A stretch of 32,000 nucleotides of DNA, taken from the NCBI GenBank assembly GCA_002952755.1, contig CP025011.1, positions 690,001 through 722,000 of the forward strand. Reading direction: 5' to 3'. This document shows, piece by piece, positions 17,465-26,158 of this stretch. The first letter of the stretch is position 1; every line of letters begins with the position of its first letter. The translations under genes were made by a program, and so were the position numbers. This DNA comes from Candidatus Saccharimonadota bacterium (GTDB lineage Bacteria; Patescibacteriota; Saccharimonadia; Saccharimonadales; UBA4665). Under the pieces are notes generated by a model. It saw only the letters and a program-made list of their open reading frames with translations, had not been told where the DNA came from and did not search any database.

Positions 17465-18223
17465 ATGCAACCAACGCAGCCAGAAGAATCGTACAAACTC
17501 TATCAGGGCCGCCTGCAGCCGGTGAGTTTTAAGTGTCCGCAAGACTGGACCCCTAATACCCTAATCGAGACTTTTTCTATCGGTCAATCGGAGTCGGGCT
17601 ATATCGAAATACCTGGCCATAGTCCGAGCATGGTTTATTTTTCTGTCGGTCAGCCAACGTTCGTGAGCGCTTCAGTAGGTCAGGAACACGAACTCACCGT
17701 CGTTACCTCTACACCGGTCTCGCTGAGAAATTGGCCTGAGCCGGTCTGCTATGTCGAGGCTGTTGCTGCAGTCGATGATGGCGCGGGCTACTCGGTTTCA
17801 TTTGGCATAAGCTCACCCAATCAGTTGTGCGATACGCCGAAAACGGTGCGCACTAATAAAGAGGTTTTACCTCTTATTGTTAAAGATGCTTCAACGCCAG
17901 AAGGCCAAGGAGTGTTAGTCTTTTCGGGTTCGGTGTACGGCTTTGCGACGAAAGAGCTAGCCCAGAATTACTTCCAGGATCCTTTGTACCAGCGTGTCAA
18001 GGGGATGATCTTAACGGTCGGTTTCGATGCCCCGCCGCGTGCCCCTAACCCCATACCGCAGGAGTTGCTGGAGCCGACTCAATCTACTGCAACCGTGATA
18101 CCAGCCAATAATGTGGCACCGCCGGACGTGACGCCCATGCCTACGCCCGGCACGGTAACTGCCCCTGATCCCGCGCCGCAAGCTACTCCAGAAGATCCCA
18201 CGACACTTCGTATTCCACGCTAG
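17465..18223 (+). CDS. Hypothetical protein with Pro/Thr/Ala-rich C-terminal third
   Basis: 252 aa with a good SD and an ORF that fills the intergenic space. The C-terminus is [17 protein letters not shown]...[27 protein letters not shown]. No signal peptide or known domain is recognised. Confidence 0.55.
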   Translation: MQPTQPEESYKLYQGRLQPVSFKCPQDWTPNTLIETFSIGQSESGYIEIPGHSPSMVYFSVGQPTFVSASVGQEHELTVVTSTPVSLRNWPEPVCYVEAVAAVDDGAGYSVSFGISSPNQLCDTPKTVRTNKEVLPLIVKDASTPEGQGVLVFSGSVYGFATKELAQNYFQDPLYQRVKGMILTVGFDAPPRAPNPIPQELLEPTQSTATVIPANNVAPPDVTPMPTPGTVTAPDPAPQATPEDPTTLRIPR

Positions 18224-18233
18224 CCTCAGGTCT

Positions 18234-18242
18234 TGCTACAAT
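18234..18242 (+). promoter_or_regulatory. Extended -10 box TGCTACAAT, 6 nt upstream of the uvrB ATG
   Basis: The sequence reads TGCTACAAT-agtggg-ATG, with the ATG at 18249. No correctly spaced SD is present. Confidence 0.45.
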
Positions 18243-18248
18243 AGTGGG

Positions 18249-20213
18249 ATGACAGCCTTTTCCCTAGCAAGTGAGTATCAGCCGCTCGGCGACCAGCCGG
18301 CTGCTATTGCCCAATTGACCAAGGGTTTGCAGGACGGCCTACGCCATCAAACATTGCTAGGCGTTACCGGTTCGGGCAAGACCTTTACTATGGCGAATCT
18401 GATTCAAAATACTGGAAAACCTACTCTGGTGTTATCGCACAACAAGACCCTTGCGGCGCAGCTTTATAGCGAGTTTAAGAATTTTTTCCCGGATAATGCA
18501 GTGCATTATTTTGTCAGCTACTTCGACTATTACCAACCCGAGGCTTATATTCCGCGTTCGGATACCTACATCGAAAAAGACTCGCAGATTAACGAAGAGA
18601 TCGACCGTTTGCGCCATGCCGCTACCGACGCACTCCTCAGTCGCCGCGATGTCATCATTGTTGCCAGTGTAAGTTGCATTTACGGCATTGGTTCGGTGGA
18701 AGATTATGACGGGCTGTCGATTAAACTTGCCGTGGGCGAGCGGCGAGTGCGCGATAAATTTATGCGCCATCTCACCGACATTCAGTATCAGCGTAATGAT
18801 ATGGATTTCCACCGCGGCGTTTTTAGAGTCCGTGGTGACGTTGTAGATGTCTACCCCGCTGGCGAAGAGCTGGCTTACCGCATCGAGTTTTTTGGTGACG
18901 AGATAGAACGCATCTTACAGATCGATCCGCTCACCGGCGAAATTCTGAAAAAGCCAGAGACATTAACCATTTTCCCCAGCTCGCACTACGTTACGCCGCA
19001 CGACAAGCTCAAAGTGGCACTGGGTATGATCGAAAGCGAATTAGAGCAGCGGCTTCGTTTGTTTAAAAAAGATGGGAAGCTACTGGAGGCGCAGCGCCTC
19101 GAGCAGCGCACCCGCTTTGACCTCGAGATGCTCGAAGAAACAGGATTTGTGAAAGGCATCGAAAACTACAGCCGGTATCTGACCAATCGGGAGCCGGGCG
19201 ACCAGCCAGCGACATTGCTCGACTACTATCCCGATGACTTTTTGATGCTTATCGACGAGAGTCATATGACCATGCCGCAAATTCGCGGGATGTACAACGG
19301 CGACCGTGCACGGAAAGAGGTGTTAGTGGAACATGGCTTTCGCTTGCCGAGCGCACTCGATAATCGGCCGCTGACGTTTACTGAATTCGAAAAGCACGTT
19401 AATCAGGTTGTATACGTGAGTGCAACGCCAGCCGACTACGAGTTGACACACTCACCCGAACCGGCCCAACAAGTCATTCGCCCCACAGGCCTCCTCGACC
19501 CGCCAATCGAAGTTCGACCCATAGATGGCCAGATAGATGATCTTATCGCCGAAATCCGCGCCACCATCGACAAACGTCAGCGCGTTTTGGTCACCACGCT
19601 TACCAAGCGAATGAGCGAAGATCTTACTGATTATTTGAAAGAGTTGAACATTAAAGTTGCCTACTTGCATAGTGATGTTGATACACTCGACCGCACCGAT
19701 ATCCTGCGCGATTTACGTCTGGGGGTGTACGACGTGCTCGTAGGTATTAATTTGCTCCGCGAGGGACTCGATTTACCCGAAGTATCATTGGTAGCTATTC
19801 TGGACGCCGATAAAGAAGGTTTTTTGCGCAGTAGCCAGGCGCTCATCCAAACCGTAGGCCGCGCCGCGCGCCACGTCGAAGGCCATGTCATTATGTATGC
19901 CGACCGCATCACTGATAGTATGCGCACGACTATCGATGAAACTGACCGCCGCCGCGCCATCCAGGAGCAGTACAATACCGAGCATGGCATCACACCAACC
20001 GGTATTAGCAAACAGATCGAAAAAGGTATGCGCCCCGACCTTCCGGAAGAAGCCAAGCGCGCCAAGATCGACCTCAAAAAGATCCCCAAAGACGAGTACA
20101 AATCGCTCATTAAAGATTTGACCTCACAAATGGACCTGGCAGCCGCTAACCTCCAGTTCGAAACAGCCGCTGAACTTCGTGATATTATTGCAGACATAAA
20201 AGGGAGGATGTAA
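18249..20213 (+). CDS. uvrB: Excinuclease ABC subunit B
   Basis: 654 aa. The N-terminus is [14 protein letters not shown]. Motifs are Walker [14 protein letters not shown], the DESH box ([11 protein letters not shown]), helicase C motifs and a C-terminal UVR domain ([17 protein letters not shown]). Confidence 0.95.
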   Translation: MTAFSLASEYQPLGDQPAAIAQLTKGLQDGLRHQTLLGVTGSGKTFTMANLIQNTGKPTLVLSHNKTLAAQLYSEFKNFFPDNAVHYFVSYFDYYQPEAYIPRSDTYIEKDSQINEEIDRLRHAATDALLSRRDVIIVASVSCIYGIGSVEDYDGLSIKLAVGERRVRDKFMRHLTDIQYQRNDMDFHRGVFRVRGDVVDVYPAGEELAYRIEFFGDEIERILQIDPLTGEILKKPETLTIFPSSHYVTPHDKLKVALGMIESELEQRLRLFKKDGKLLEAQRLEQRTRFDLEMLEETGFVKGIENYSRYLTNREPGDQPATLLDYYPDDFLMLIDESHMTMPQIRGMYNGDRARKEVLVEHGFRLPSALDNRPLTFTEFEKHVNQVVYVSATPADYELTHSPEPAQQVIRPTGLLDPPIEVRPIDGQIDDLIAEIRATIDKRQRVLVTTLTKRMSEDLTDYLKELNIKVAYLHSDVDTLDRTDILRDLRLGVYDVLVGINLLREGLDLPEVSLVAILDADKEGFLRSSQALIQTVGRAARHVEGHVIMYADRITDSMRTTIDETDRRRAIQEQYNTEHGITPTGISKQIEKGMRPDLPEEAKRAKIDLKKIPKDEYKSLIKDLTSQMDLAAANLQFETAAELRDIIADIKGRM

Positions 20214-20215
20214 GG

Positions 20216-20800
20216 ATGGGGACATACAAAAATACTATTGAAGCGTATGGCCAACAAACGCTATCAACGGCGGCCCACCACCTACGAGGCCTTGAATGGG
20301 TGAATCGTCAAGTCGAAAAGTTCACTGGCCTTACCGGGCCCAGTGCCCGCATATGTCGCTATCGTATTGGCGATGCTTTAGGTGATCCAGGCGACTTTGT
20401 GACTATTGCGCCGACAGAGATTTCGCCAGCGTCAGATGAAGAGGATCCAAAGGGGTATCGCCCTAGTACATGGAAGCGTGCTCTAATTGCTGCTAACCGC
20501 AAGCAGTTTGAGAATGTGATGGGGGAATGGCGGTCCAGGCGAATGGCGATAGCCTATTGCTTAGGCGAGCGGACGATGATCGGCGTTAATGAACGCACAT
20601 CTGAACCACTATGTGTGCCGGTGGATAGAAGCGGAGAGTTTGCAGAAAATGGGGAGCTATTAGCTGTCAACGTTGGTATAGGCCCCCAGCCAAATACGAT
20701 TGTACTTGGCGCTGCAGCGGCACACGGTAGGTTAATTCATACAGTAGATACCTTTTTATTACCTGTTCAAGAGATTCCTCGTGAAGTGCACCAAGTGTAG
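20216..20800 (+). CDS. Hypothetical protein (194 aa), tightly coupled to uvrB
   Basis: The ATG at 20216 lies 2 nt after the uvrB stop. The ORF fills the gap to gatC. I recognise no family. Confidence 0.5.
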   Translation: MGTYKNTIEAYGQQTLSTAAHHLRGLEWVNRQVEKFTGLTGPSARICRYRIGDALGDPGDFVTIAPTEISPASDEEDPKGYRPSTWKRALIAANRKQFENVMGEWRSRRMAIAYCLGERTMIGVNERTSEPLCVPVDRSGEFAENGELLAVNVGIGPQPNTIVLGAAAAHGRLIHTVDTFLLPVQEIPREVHQV

Positions 20801-20844
20801 TAAGGGTATGCGTGTTGACATCTCTGGTAGCGGGTGGCAGCGTC

Positions 20845-20853
20845 TGCTATAGT
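20845..20853 (+). promoter_or_regulatory. Extended -10 box TGCTATAGT upstream of gatC
   Basis: TGCTATAGT is followed by aaaaggaatt (10 nt) and then the ATG at 20864. Confidence 0.4.
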
Positions 20854-20863
20854 AAAAGGAATT

Positions 20864-21157
20864 ATGGCAGACTTAACACGCGATGATGTCTTAAAATTGG
20901 CTCAACTCGCCCGGTTGACGCTCTCTGAAGAGGAAATCGAAAAGTACCGTAGTGAGCTCAGCCAGATCCTGGCATACGTTCAGCAGCTAAAAGACGTAGA
21001 CGTTACTGGTCTTGAACCCACCTCCCAGGTAACGGGTCTTATGAACGTTATGCGTGAGGATGAAGTTGTAGATTACGGCGTTAGTCCGGATGATTTGCTG
21101 CGCATTGTACCTAGCAAGCAGGATCGGCAGATCAAAGTAAAAAGGATGATCGCGTGA
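20864..21157 (+). CDS. gatC: Asp/Glu-tRNA(Asn/Gln) amidotransferase subunit C
   Basis: 97 aa from the ATG at 20864. The sequence MADLTRDDVLKLAQLARLTLSEEEIEKYRSELSQILAYVQQL is canonical GatC. Confidence 0.9.
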   Translation: MADLTRDDVLKLAQLARLTLSEEEIEKYRSELSQILAYVQQLKDVDVTGLEPTSQVTGLMNVMREDEVVDYGVSPDDLLRIVPSKQDRQIKVKRMIA

Positions 21158-22590
21158 GCATGCAAGCCAGCCAGTGGCTGCCTATTGCCGAACTCAGCGC
21201 CAAAGTACGAGCTGGCGAGCTACGTGCCGCAGATTTAGTTGAACAAGCCCTGAAGACCATCGAGGCTAAAAAAGAATACAATGCTATTATCGCCACGATC
21301 CCCGAACGGGCTCGCACGCGGGCAGCAAGTATTGACGCTGCCATCAAAAATGGCGAAACGGTGGGGCGCCTTGCGGGCGTCCCTTTTATTGCCAAAGATA
21401 ATTTTTTGGTTTTTGGGGCTGAGACAACTGCTGCAAGCAATATGCTTAAAGGTTTTACAGCACCCTATCAGTCCACTGTTATCGAAAAGCTTGAAGCCGA
21501 GGGGGCGATTTGCGTTGCCAAGGCTAACCTCGATGCCTTTGCGCATGGTGCCAGCACCGAAAATAGCGACTTTTTTACGACCAAAAATCCGGCCGACGTT
21601 GCGCGCGTGCCCGGCGGTTCTTCAGGTGGTTCGGCAGCCGCAGTTGTTTTAGATATGGCGCCATTTGCACTGGGCACCGATACTGGCGGCTCGGTACGGC
21701 AGCCGGCCAGCTTCGTGGGCTGTGTCGGTTATAAGCCTACGTACGGGTTGATGTCTCGCTCCGGTATCGTGGCGATGGCTAGCAGTACGGACGTCGTAGG
21801 GACGCTCACACGCACTGCCGACGATGCCGCCTATGTTATTGATGTCATTGCCGGGCGCGATCCGCTCGATGGCACGACGATTGAGCGTGACCCTGCCGGC
21901 TACACGGATGTGCCTGCTGCTATGAAGGGTAAAAAGATCGGCCTCATCAAAGAATGGATGGGTGAGGGTGTTGCTCCGGGCGTAGCAACTGTTATCCGCA
22001 GCGCCGCAGATGCGTTTCGTGCTGCGGGCGCCGATGTGCGAGAAGTGAGCCTGCCGTCCCTGCCGCTATCGCTTGCCGTTTATTACATTGTCGTACCAGC
22101 AGAAGTCAGCAGCAATTTGAGCCGTCATGACGGCCAGCGTTTTGCGTTTAGCTATGCAGATGCGGCTACACTCGACGAGAGTTATACACAATCACGGGGT
22201 AACGGTTTTGGTGCGGAAGCTAAGCGCCGCATCATGATCGGTACCTATGTGCTCAGCAGCGGTTACTACGACGCTTATTACCGCAAAGCACAGACTGTCC
22301 GCACCAAGCTCATTAATGAGTTTAATGAAGCTTTTAAACAGTTTGACTTCTTGATCGGCCCGGTGGCGCCCACTACAGCTTTCAAAATCGGTGAAAACGC
22401 AAGCGATCCGCTCCAAATGTATCTTGCCGATGTCATGACTGTTGGTCCAAGCTTGGCTGGCCTCCCCGCTATTAGCGTTCCGGCCGGTACGAGCGATAAT
22501 CTTCCAGTAGGCTTGCACATAGTAGCGCCACAGCGATCTGACCGTGCCCTATTAGGTATGGCCAAAGCGGCCGAGGAGTTGCTGGCATGA
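21154..22590 (+). CDS. gatA: Asp/Glu-tRNA(Asn/Gln) amidotransferase subunit A
   Basis: 478 aa with the amidase signature GGSSGGSAAAV and the Ser-cisSer-Lys context. The GTG start overlaps the gatC stop (GTGA). An in-frame ATG at 21160 is an alternative start. Confidence 0.95.
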   Translation: MSMQASQWLPIAELSAKVRAGELRAADLVEQALKTIEAKKEYNAIIATIPERARTRAASIDAAIKNGETVGRLAGVPFIAKDNFLVFGAETTAASNMLKGFTAPYQSTVIEKLEAEGAICVAKANLDAFAHGASTENSDFFTTKNPADVARVPGGSSGGSAAAVVLDMAPFALGTDTGGSVRQPASFVGCVGYKPTYGLMSRSGIVAMASSTDVVGTLTRTADDAAYVIDVIAGRDPLDGTTIERDPAGYTDVPAAMKGKKIGLIKEWMGEGVAPGVATVIRSAADAFRAAGADVREVSLPSLPLSLAVYYIVVPAEVSSNLSRHDGQRFAFSYADAATLDESYTQSRGNGFGAEAKRRIMIGTYVLSSGYYDAYYRKAQTVRTKLINEFNEAFKQFDFLIGPVAPTTAFKIGENASDPLQMYLADVMTVGPSLAGLPAISVPAGTSDNLPVGLHIVAPQRSDRALLGMAKAAEELLA

Positions 22591-23027
22591 CCCACCACCT
22601 GCTCTTACTAAGTTCTGCTGCTGGTGCGGCTGTACTTGTTGCTGCAGTTGTGACTGTAACGGCAGTACGCCGACTCCGGCCACAGCCCCTCAAAACCGAA
22701 TATTTCCAGGGAAAGTGGCAGGAATTGCAGAAGCTGCTACGCGACAAAACCAAGTGGCCTGAAGCTATCTCAGAAGCCGATAAGCTTTTGGATGAGGCGC
22801 TCAAAAAGCGTCGTATCCGCGGCGGTAGCATGGGCGAGCGCCTCGTGAAAGCACAGCGTCTGTTTACCGATAATGATAGCCTATGGTTTGCACACAAGCT
22901 ACGCAACAAATTGGATGCCGAACCAGAGACAAAACTGAAAGAGCGGGAAGTAAAGCAAGCCTTGATTGGTACCCGGCAAGCCCTCAAAGACGTAGGCGCG
23001 CTGCCTAGTGGAAAGGCGACACCATGA
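22587..23027 (+). CDS. Small single-pass membrane protein of unknown function inserted between gatA and gatB
   Basis: 146 aa with an N-terminal hydrophobic helix (LLLLSSAAGAAVLVAAVVTVTAV) followed by a charged helical domain. ATGA overlaps join it to gatA (22587-22590) and gatB (23024-23027). Confidence 0.6.
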   Translation: MTHHLLLLSSAAGAAVLVAAVVTVTAVRRLRPQPLKTEYFQGKWQELQKLLRDKTKWPEAISEADKLLDEALKKRRIRGGSMGERLVKAQRLFTDNDSLWFAHKLRNKLDAEPETKLKEREVKQALIGTRQALKDVGALPSGKATP

Positions 23028-24511
23028 CGCTCAGCACTGCACTACGCCAAAAATACACGCCGACCATTGGCATCGAATGTCATGTACAGCTCAAGACCGC
23101 TACGAAACTGTTCGCCGCCGTCGGCAACGACGCCCGTGAGGCAGAGCCCAATACGCTGGTAAGTCATATCTGTTTTGGTCTGCCTGGTGCGCTACCGGTA
23201 CTCAATAAAGAGGCGGTGCATTTGGGTATGCGTGCCGCATACGCTCTTGGAACCGTGCCTCAGAAGTACAATGCATTCGACCGCAAACATTATTTTTACC
23301 CCGACTTACCGTTTGGTTATCAGATTACACAATATGCACAACCTATTGTGCTGGGTGGCTCGGTTGCCATTGTCGTAGATGGCCAGACTAAGCTTATTCG
23401 TATTACCCGTGCCCACCTTGAGGCCGATGCCGGTAAGAGCACCCACCCGACTACCAGTAAGGACTACAGCCTGGTTGATCTCAACCGCGCTGGCACACCC
23501 CTGCTCGAGATTGTCTCCGAGCCAGATATGCATACCAGTGCCGAGGCAAAAGCTTACGCACAGGAACTATATCTCAGTATGCGTTTTGCCGGAGTGTCGG
23601 ATTGCAACTTATACTACGGCAATATGCGTTTTGACGTGAACGTGTCAGTAAGTACGACCGACCAGCTTGGCACACGAACCGAGACCAAGAATCTCAACAG
23701 CTTCCGTTCAGTAGAAAAAGCCATCGATTACGAAATAGAGCGTCAGATAGAGCTGCTCGAAAAAGGTCAGGAAATCGTACAGGAAACACGTGGCTGGAAC
23801 GATGCCAAGCAGCGCACCTTTAGCCAGCGTACCAAGGAAGATGCACACGATTATCGGTACTTTCCCGATCCGGATATCCCGCCGGTGGTGCTGGACGATG
23901 ACTTTATTGCAGTCGTGCGGGATGAAATGCCAATATTGCCCAACGAATGGCGCCAGAGGCTACAAAGTCTCGGTTTGGACCGCCCTGCAATGGAAGCGTT
24001 GCTTGACGCAGAACTCGATGACCCTGAGGTTAGCTACTTGGGCCTCATCGAAGAAGTCTTAAGCGATAAAGATTTCGCCAAAACGCTTGCTAATTGGTTT
24101 GTGAATCTCGAAGTGCCCTTACGCCGTGACGTGTCAACGCATCTGAATCAGGCGCTCACCAATCAAGGCCGCCTAGCGCTCTACCGTGCAGTAGCGGCGC
24201 TGATTGCGAGCGGCAAGCTTAATTCTACGAATGCCAAAATACTCATCACCAAAGTATTAACTGGCGAAGAGCAGATCGCCGATATCGAAGCCTTCGCACG
24301 CCAGCATAACCTCATTCAGGAATCAGACGAGGGCGCAATTGCTGCAGTGGTAGCCAAGGTGATCGAGGAAAACCCGAAAGCCACCACGGATATCAAAAAC
24401 GGCGAGATGAAGGTTATCGGCTTTTTGGTCGGCCAAATTATGAAAGCCTCTCAGGGCCGCGCTAATCCAGGCCTGGCGCAGGAGCTTATTAAGAAACAGT
24501 TAGGACTATAA
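23024..24511 (+). CDS. gatB: Asp/Glu-tRNA(Asn/Gln) amidotransferase subunit B
   Basis: 495 aa. The N-terminus is YTPTIGIECHVQLKT. Also present are RAHLEADAGKS and a C-terminal YqeY-like tail ending GRANPGLAQELIKKQL. Confidence 0.95.
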   Translation: MTLSTALRQKYTPTIGIECHVQLKTATKLFAAVGNDAREAEPNTLVSHICFGLPGALPVLNKEAVHLGMRAAYALGTVPQKYNAFDRKHYFYPDLPFGYQITQYAQPIVLGGSVAIVVDGQTKLIRITRAHLEADAGKSTHPTTSKDYSLVDLNRAGTPLLEIVSEPDMHTSAEAKAYAQELYLSMRFAGVSDCNLYYGNMRFDVNVSVSTTDQLGTRTETKNLNSFRSVEKAIDYEIERQIELLEKGQEIVQETRGWNDAKQRTFSQRTKEDAHDYRYFPDPDIPPVVLDDDFIAVVRDEMPILPNEWRQRLQSLGLDRPAMEALLDAELDDPEVSYLGLIEEVLSDKDFAKTLANWFVNLEVPLRRDVSTHLNQALTNQGRLALYRAVAALIASGKLNSTNAKILITKVLTGEEQIADIEAFARQHNLIQESDEGAIAAVVAKVIEENPKATTDIKNGEMKVIGFLVGQIMKASQGRANPGLAQELIKKQLGL

Positions 24512-24515
24512 GATA

Positions 24516-25418
24516 ATGGCAACAACAAAGCGTCCCACGAAAGCAGTAATTCCTGCAGCTGGCTTTGGCACCAGATTCTTGCCGCAAACCAAGGCGATGC
24601 CAAAAGAGATGTTGCCGCTAGTCGACAAGCCCATCATTCAATACATTGTCGAACAGTTGGTAGCGGTAGGAGTGAAAGATATTATTTTAGTCACCGGGCA
24701 AAATAAGCGCAGTATCGAAGATCATTTCGATGCGCCAACCCAGGATCTGCTCACTAACCTGAAGATGGGCGGCGAAAAAAAGAAGCCATTAATCGAAGAA
24801 GTTGAAGCCATTGCTAACTTAGCAAATTTTATTTACGTGCGCCAGCGGCCGCAATATGGCAATGGAATTCCACTGCTCGATGTTGAGCACCTCATTGGTG
24901 ACGAGCCGTTTATTTACACCTGGAGCGATGACCTTATCGTTTCAGAGCCTTCTTGTTTTGGACAGATGATTGCCGCGTACCAGGAATTCGAGGCCCCGGT
25001 TATCTGCAGTGTGCGAGCCGGCAGCGAAAGCGACTTTAAGCAATACGGTTTCACTGGCGGCAACGAATTACGTCCTGGCATTATCGACGTAGATGCAATT
25101 ATCGAGAAACCGGGCAGCCGCGATGCCTCTCCTTCTGACCTCGTCAGCTGCAACGGCTTTGTCATGACACCGGATATCTTCCCGTACTTGCACCAGGCTC
25201 TGGAAGAAATACAACCTGGTGATGAGCTGTACTGTAATGACGGCCTCAAGCGGATGCTCGCAGACGGCCAGCGTCTGATCGCCATGGAAGCACAAGGCGG
25301 CACCTGGTACGATGCAGGTGACAAGCTGGCATATCTTAAGACGGTTGTTGACTTCGCCCTCAAGCGCGACGACATTGGACCCGCTTTGCGCGACTACCTA
25401 AAAACCCTGGAGTTGTAA
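24516..25418 (+). CDS. galU: UTP--glucose-1-phosphate uridylyltransferase
   Basis: 300 aa. The N-terminal KAVIPAAGFGTRFLPQTKAMPKEMLPLVDKPIIQYIVEQ is the GalU signature. Confidence 0.9.
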   Translation: MATTKRPTKAVIPAAGFGTRFLPQTKAMPKEMLPLVDKPIIQYIVEQLVAVGVKDIILVTGQNKRSIEDHFDAPTQDLLTNLKMGGEKKKPLIEEVEAIANLANFIYVRQRPQYGNGIPLLDVEHLIGDEPFIYTWSDDLIVSEPSCFGQMIAAYQEFEAPVICSVRAGSESDFKQYGFTGGNELRPGIIDVDAIIEKPGSRDASPSDLVSCNGFVMTPDIFPYLHQALEEIQPGDELYCNDGLKRMLADGQRLIAMEAQGGTWYDAGDKLAYLKTVVDFALKRDDIGPALRDYLKTLEL

Positions 25419-25456
25419 AGCTTGCCATTAGTTGTATACTAAAAGAGTAAAAGCTT

Positions 25457-25711
25457 ATGACTACTGCCGAACAAATCCTTGTCGCAACGCTTGCCACAGT
25501 ACTGGCAATGTTACTTATATTAGCTATTGTTGCTGTCGTTCAGGTAATTAAACTGATCAAAGTGTTACGGGTTATCGCCGAAAAGGCCGAAGAGCTTGTC
25601 GACTCGGCCGAATCTGCTGCCGACATGGTGAAGAACGCAGCCGGGCGTTTGAGTGTGCTCCGTTTCGCACAAAGTGTGCTAGATATGGCAACCAAGCATA
25701 AAAGTAAATAA
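25457..25711 (+). CDS. Small membrane protein, DUF948-like (N-terminal TM plus helical tail)
   Basis: 84 aa. A TM helix (LVATLATVLAMLLILAIVAVV) is followed by an amphipathic helix. The gene sits next to a YtxH gene, a pairing I recall from Gram-positive genomes. The family call is tentative. Confidence 0.5.
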   Translation: MTTAEQILVATLATVLAMLLILAIVAVVQVIKLIKVLRVIAEKAEELVDSAESAADMVKNAAGRLSVLRFAQSVLDMATKHKSK

Positions 25712-25735
25712 TTGGCGAGTAACCAAGGGAGTGTT

Positions 25736-26140
25736 ATGAGTAAGGGGACAAAGAAATTTGCAGTCGGCACGGTTGTTGCTGCGGCAGCAGGCTATGTTGC
25801 CGGTATGTTGACAGCTCCAAAGAGTGGTAAGGAAACGCGCGATGATATTAAGCGTGCGGCTGAGCGCACGTATGGGGCTGCCGAGAAAGAACTCAAGGCC
25901 CTCCATACTGAACTCAACAAATTGATGGAGCAAGGCCGCAGTAAGGCCAGCGAACTGAAGGGCACGGCCAAAGACAATCTCGATAAGGCCATAGAGTCCG
26001 CCAAGACGGCGAAAGAGAAAACACGCGATTTATTGAGTGCAGTGCACGAAGGCGACGCCGACGACAAAGACTTGAAGAAAGCTGTCGAAGAAGCGAATAA
26101 GGCAGTTGAACATCTGCGCAGTTTTCTAACTAAAACATAG
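25736..26140 (+). CDS. YtxH domain-containing protein
   Basis: 134 aa from the ATG at 25736, with SD AAGGGA upstream. The N-terminus FAVGTVVAAAAGYVAGMLTAPKSGKETRDDIK is the YtxH signature, followed by a long charged coiled region. Confidence 0.75.
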   Translation: MSKGTKKFAVGTVVAAAAGYVAGMLTAPKSGKETRDDIKRAAERTYGAAEKELKALHTELNKLMEQGRSKASELKGTAKDNLDKAIESAKTAKEKTRDLLSAVHEGDADDKDLKKAVEEANKAVEHLRSFLTKT

Positions 26141-26158
26141 TCTGCCTGTCAATATTGG

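Noticed and set aside
17339-17542. The 68-aa N-terminal extension of the 16088 ORF (start 17542).
   Set aside because: It would run through the divergent promoter and overlap the 17465 gene start. The extension is Trp/Arg/Leu-rich with no family signal. The start remains uncertain because M47, M52 and M62 are also possible.
19661-20257. 198-aa ORF on the minus strand over the uvrB 3' end.
   Set aside because: It is antisense to the strongly supported uvrB. Its Ser/Arg-rich composition is typical of reverse-frame translation. No start context supports it.
20834-20863. The upstream alternative start for gatC (20834).
   Set aside because: The canonical GatC N-terminus begins at the ATG at 20864, which has AAAGGA upstream. 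The extension would cover the TGCTATAGT box.
22472-22987. 171-aa minus-strand ORF across the gatA end and the small TM ORF.
   Set aside because: It is antisense to gatA and to an ORF locked in by ATGA overlaps on both sides. Its Arg/Ser/Cys-rich composition points to a shadow ORF.
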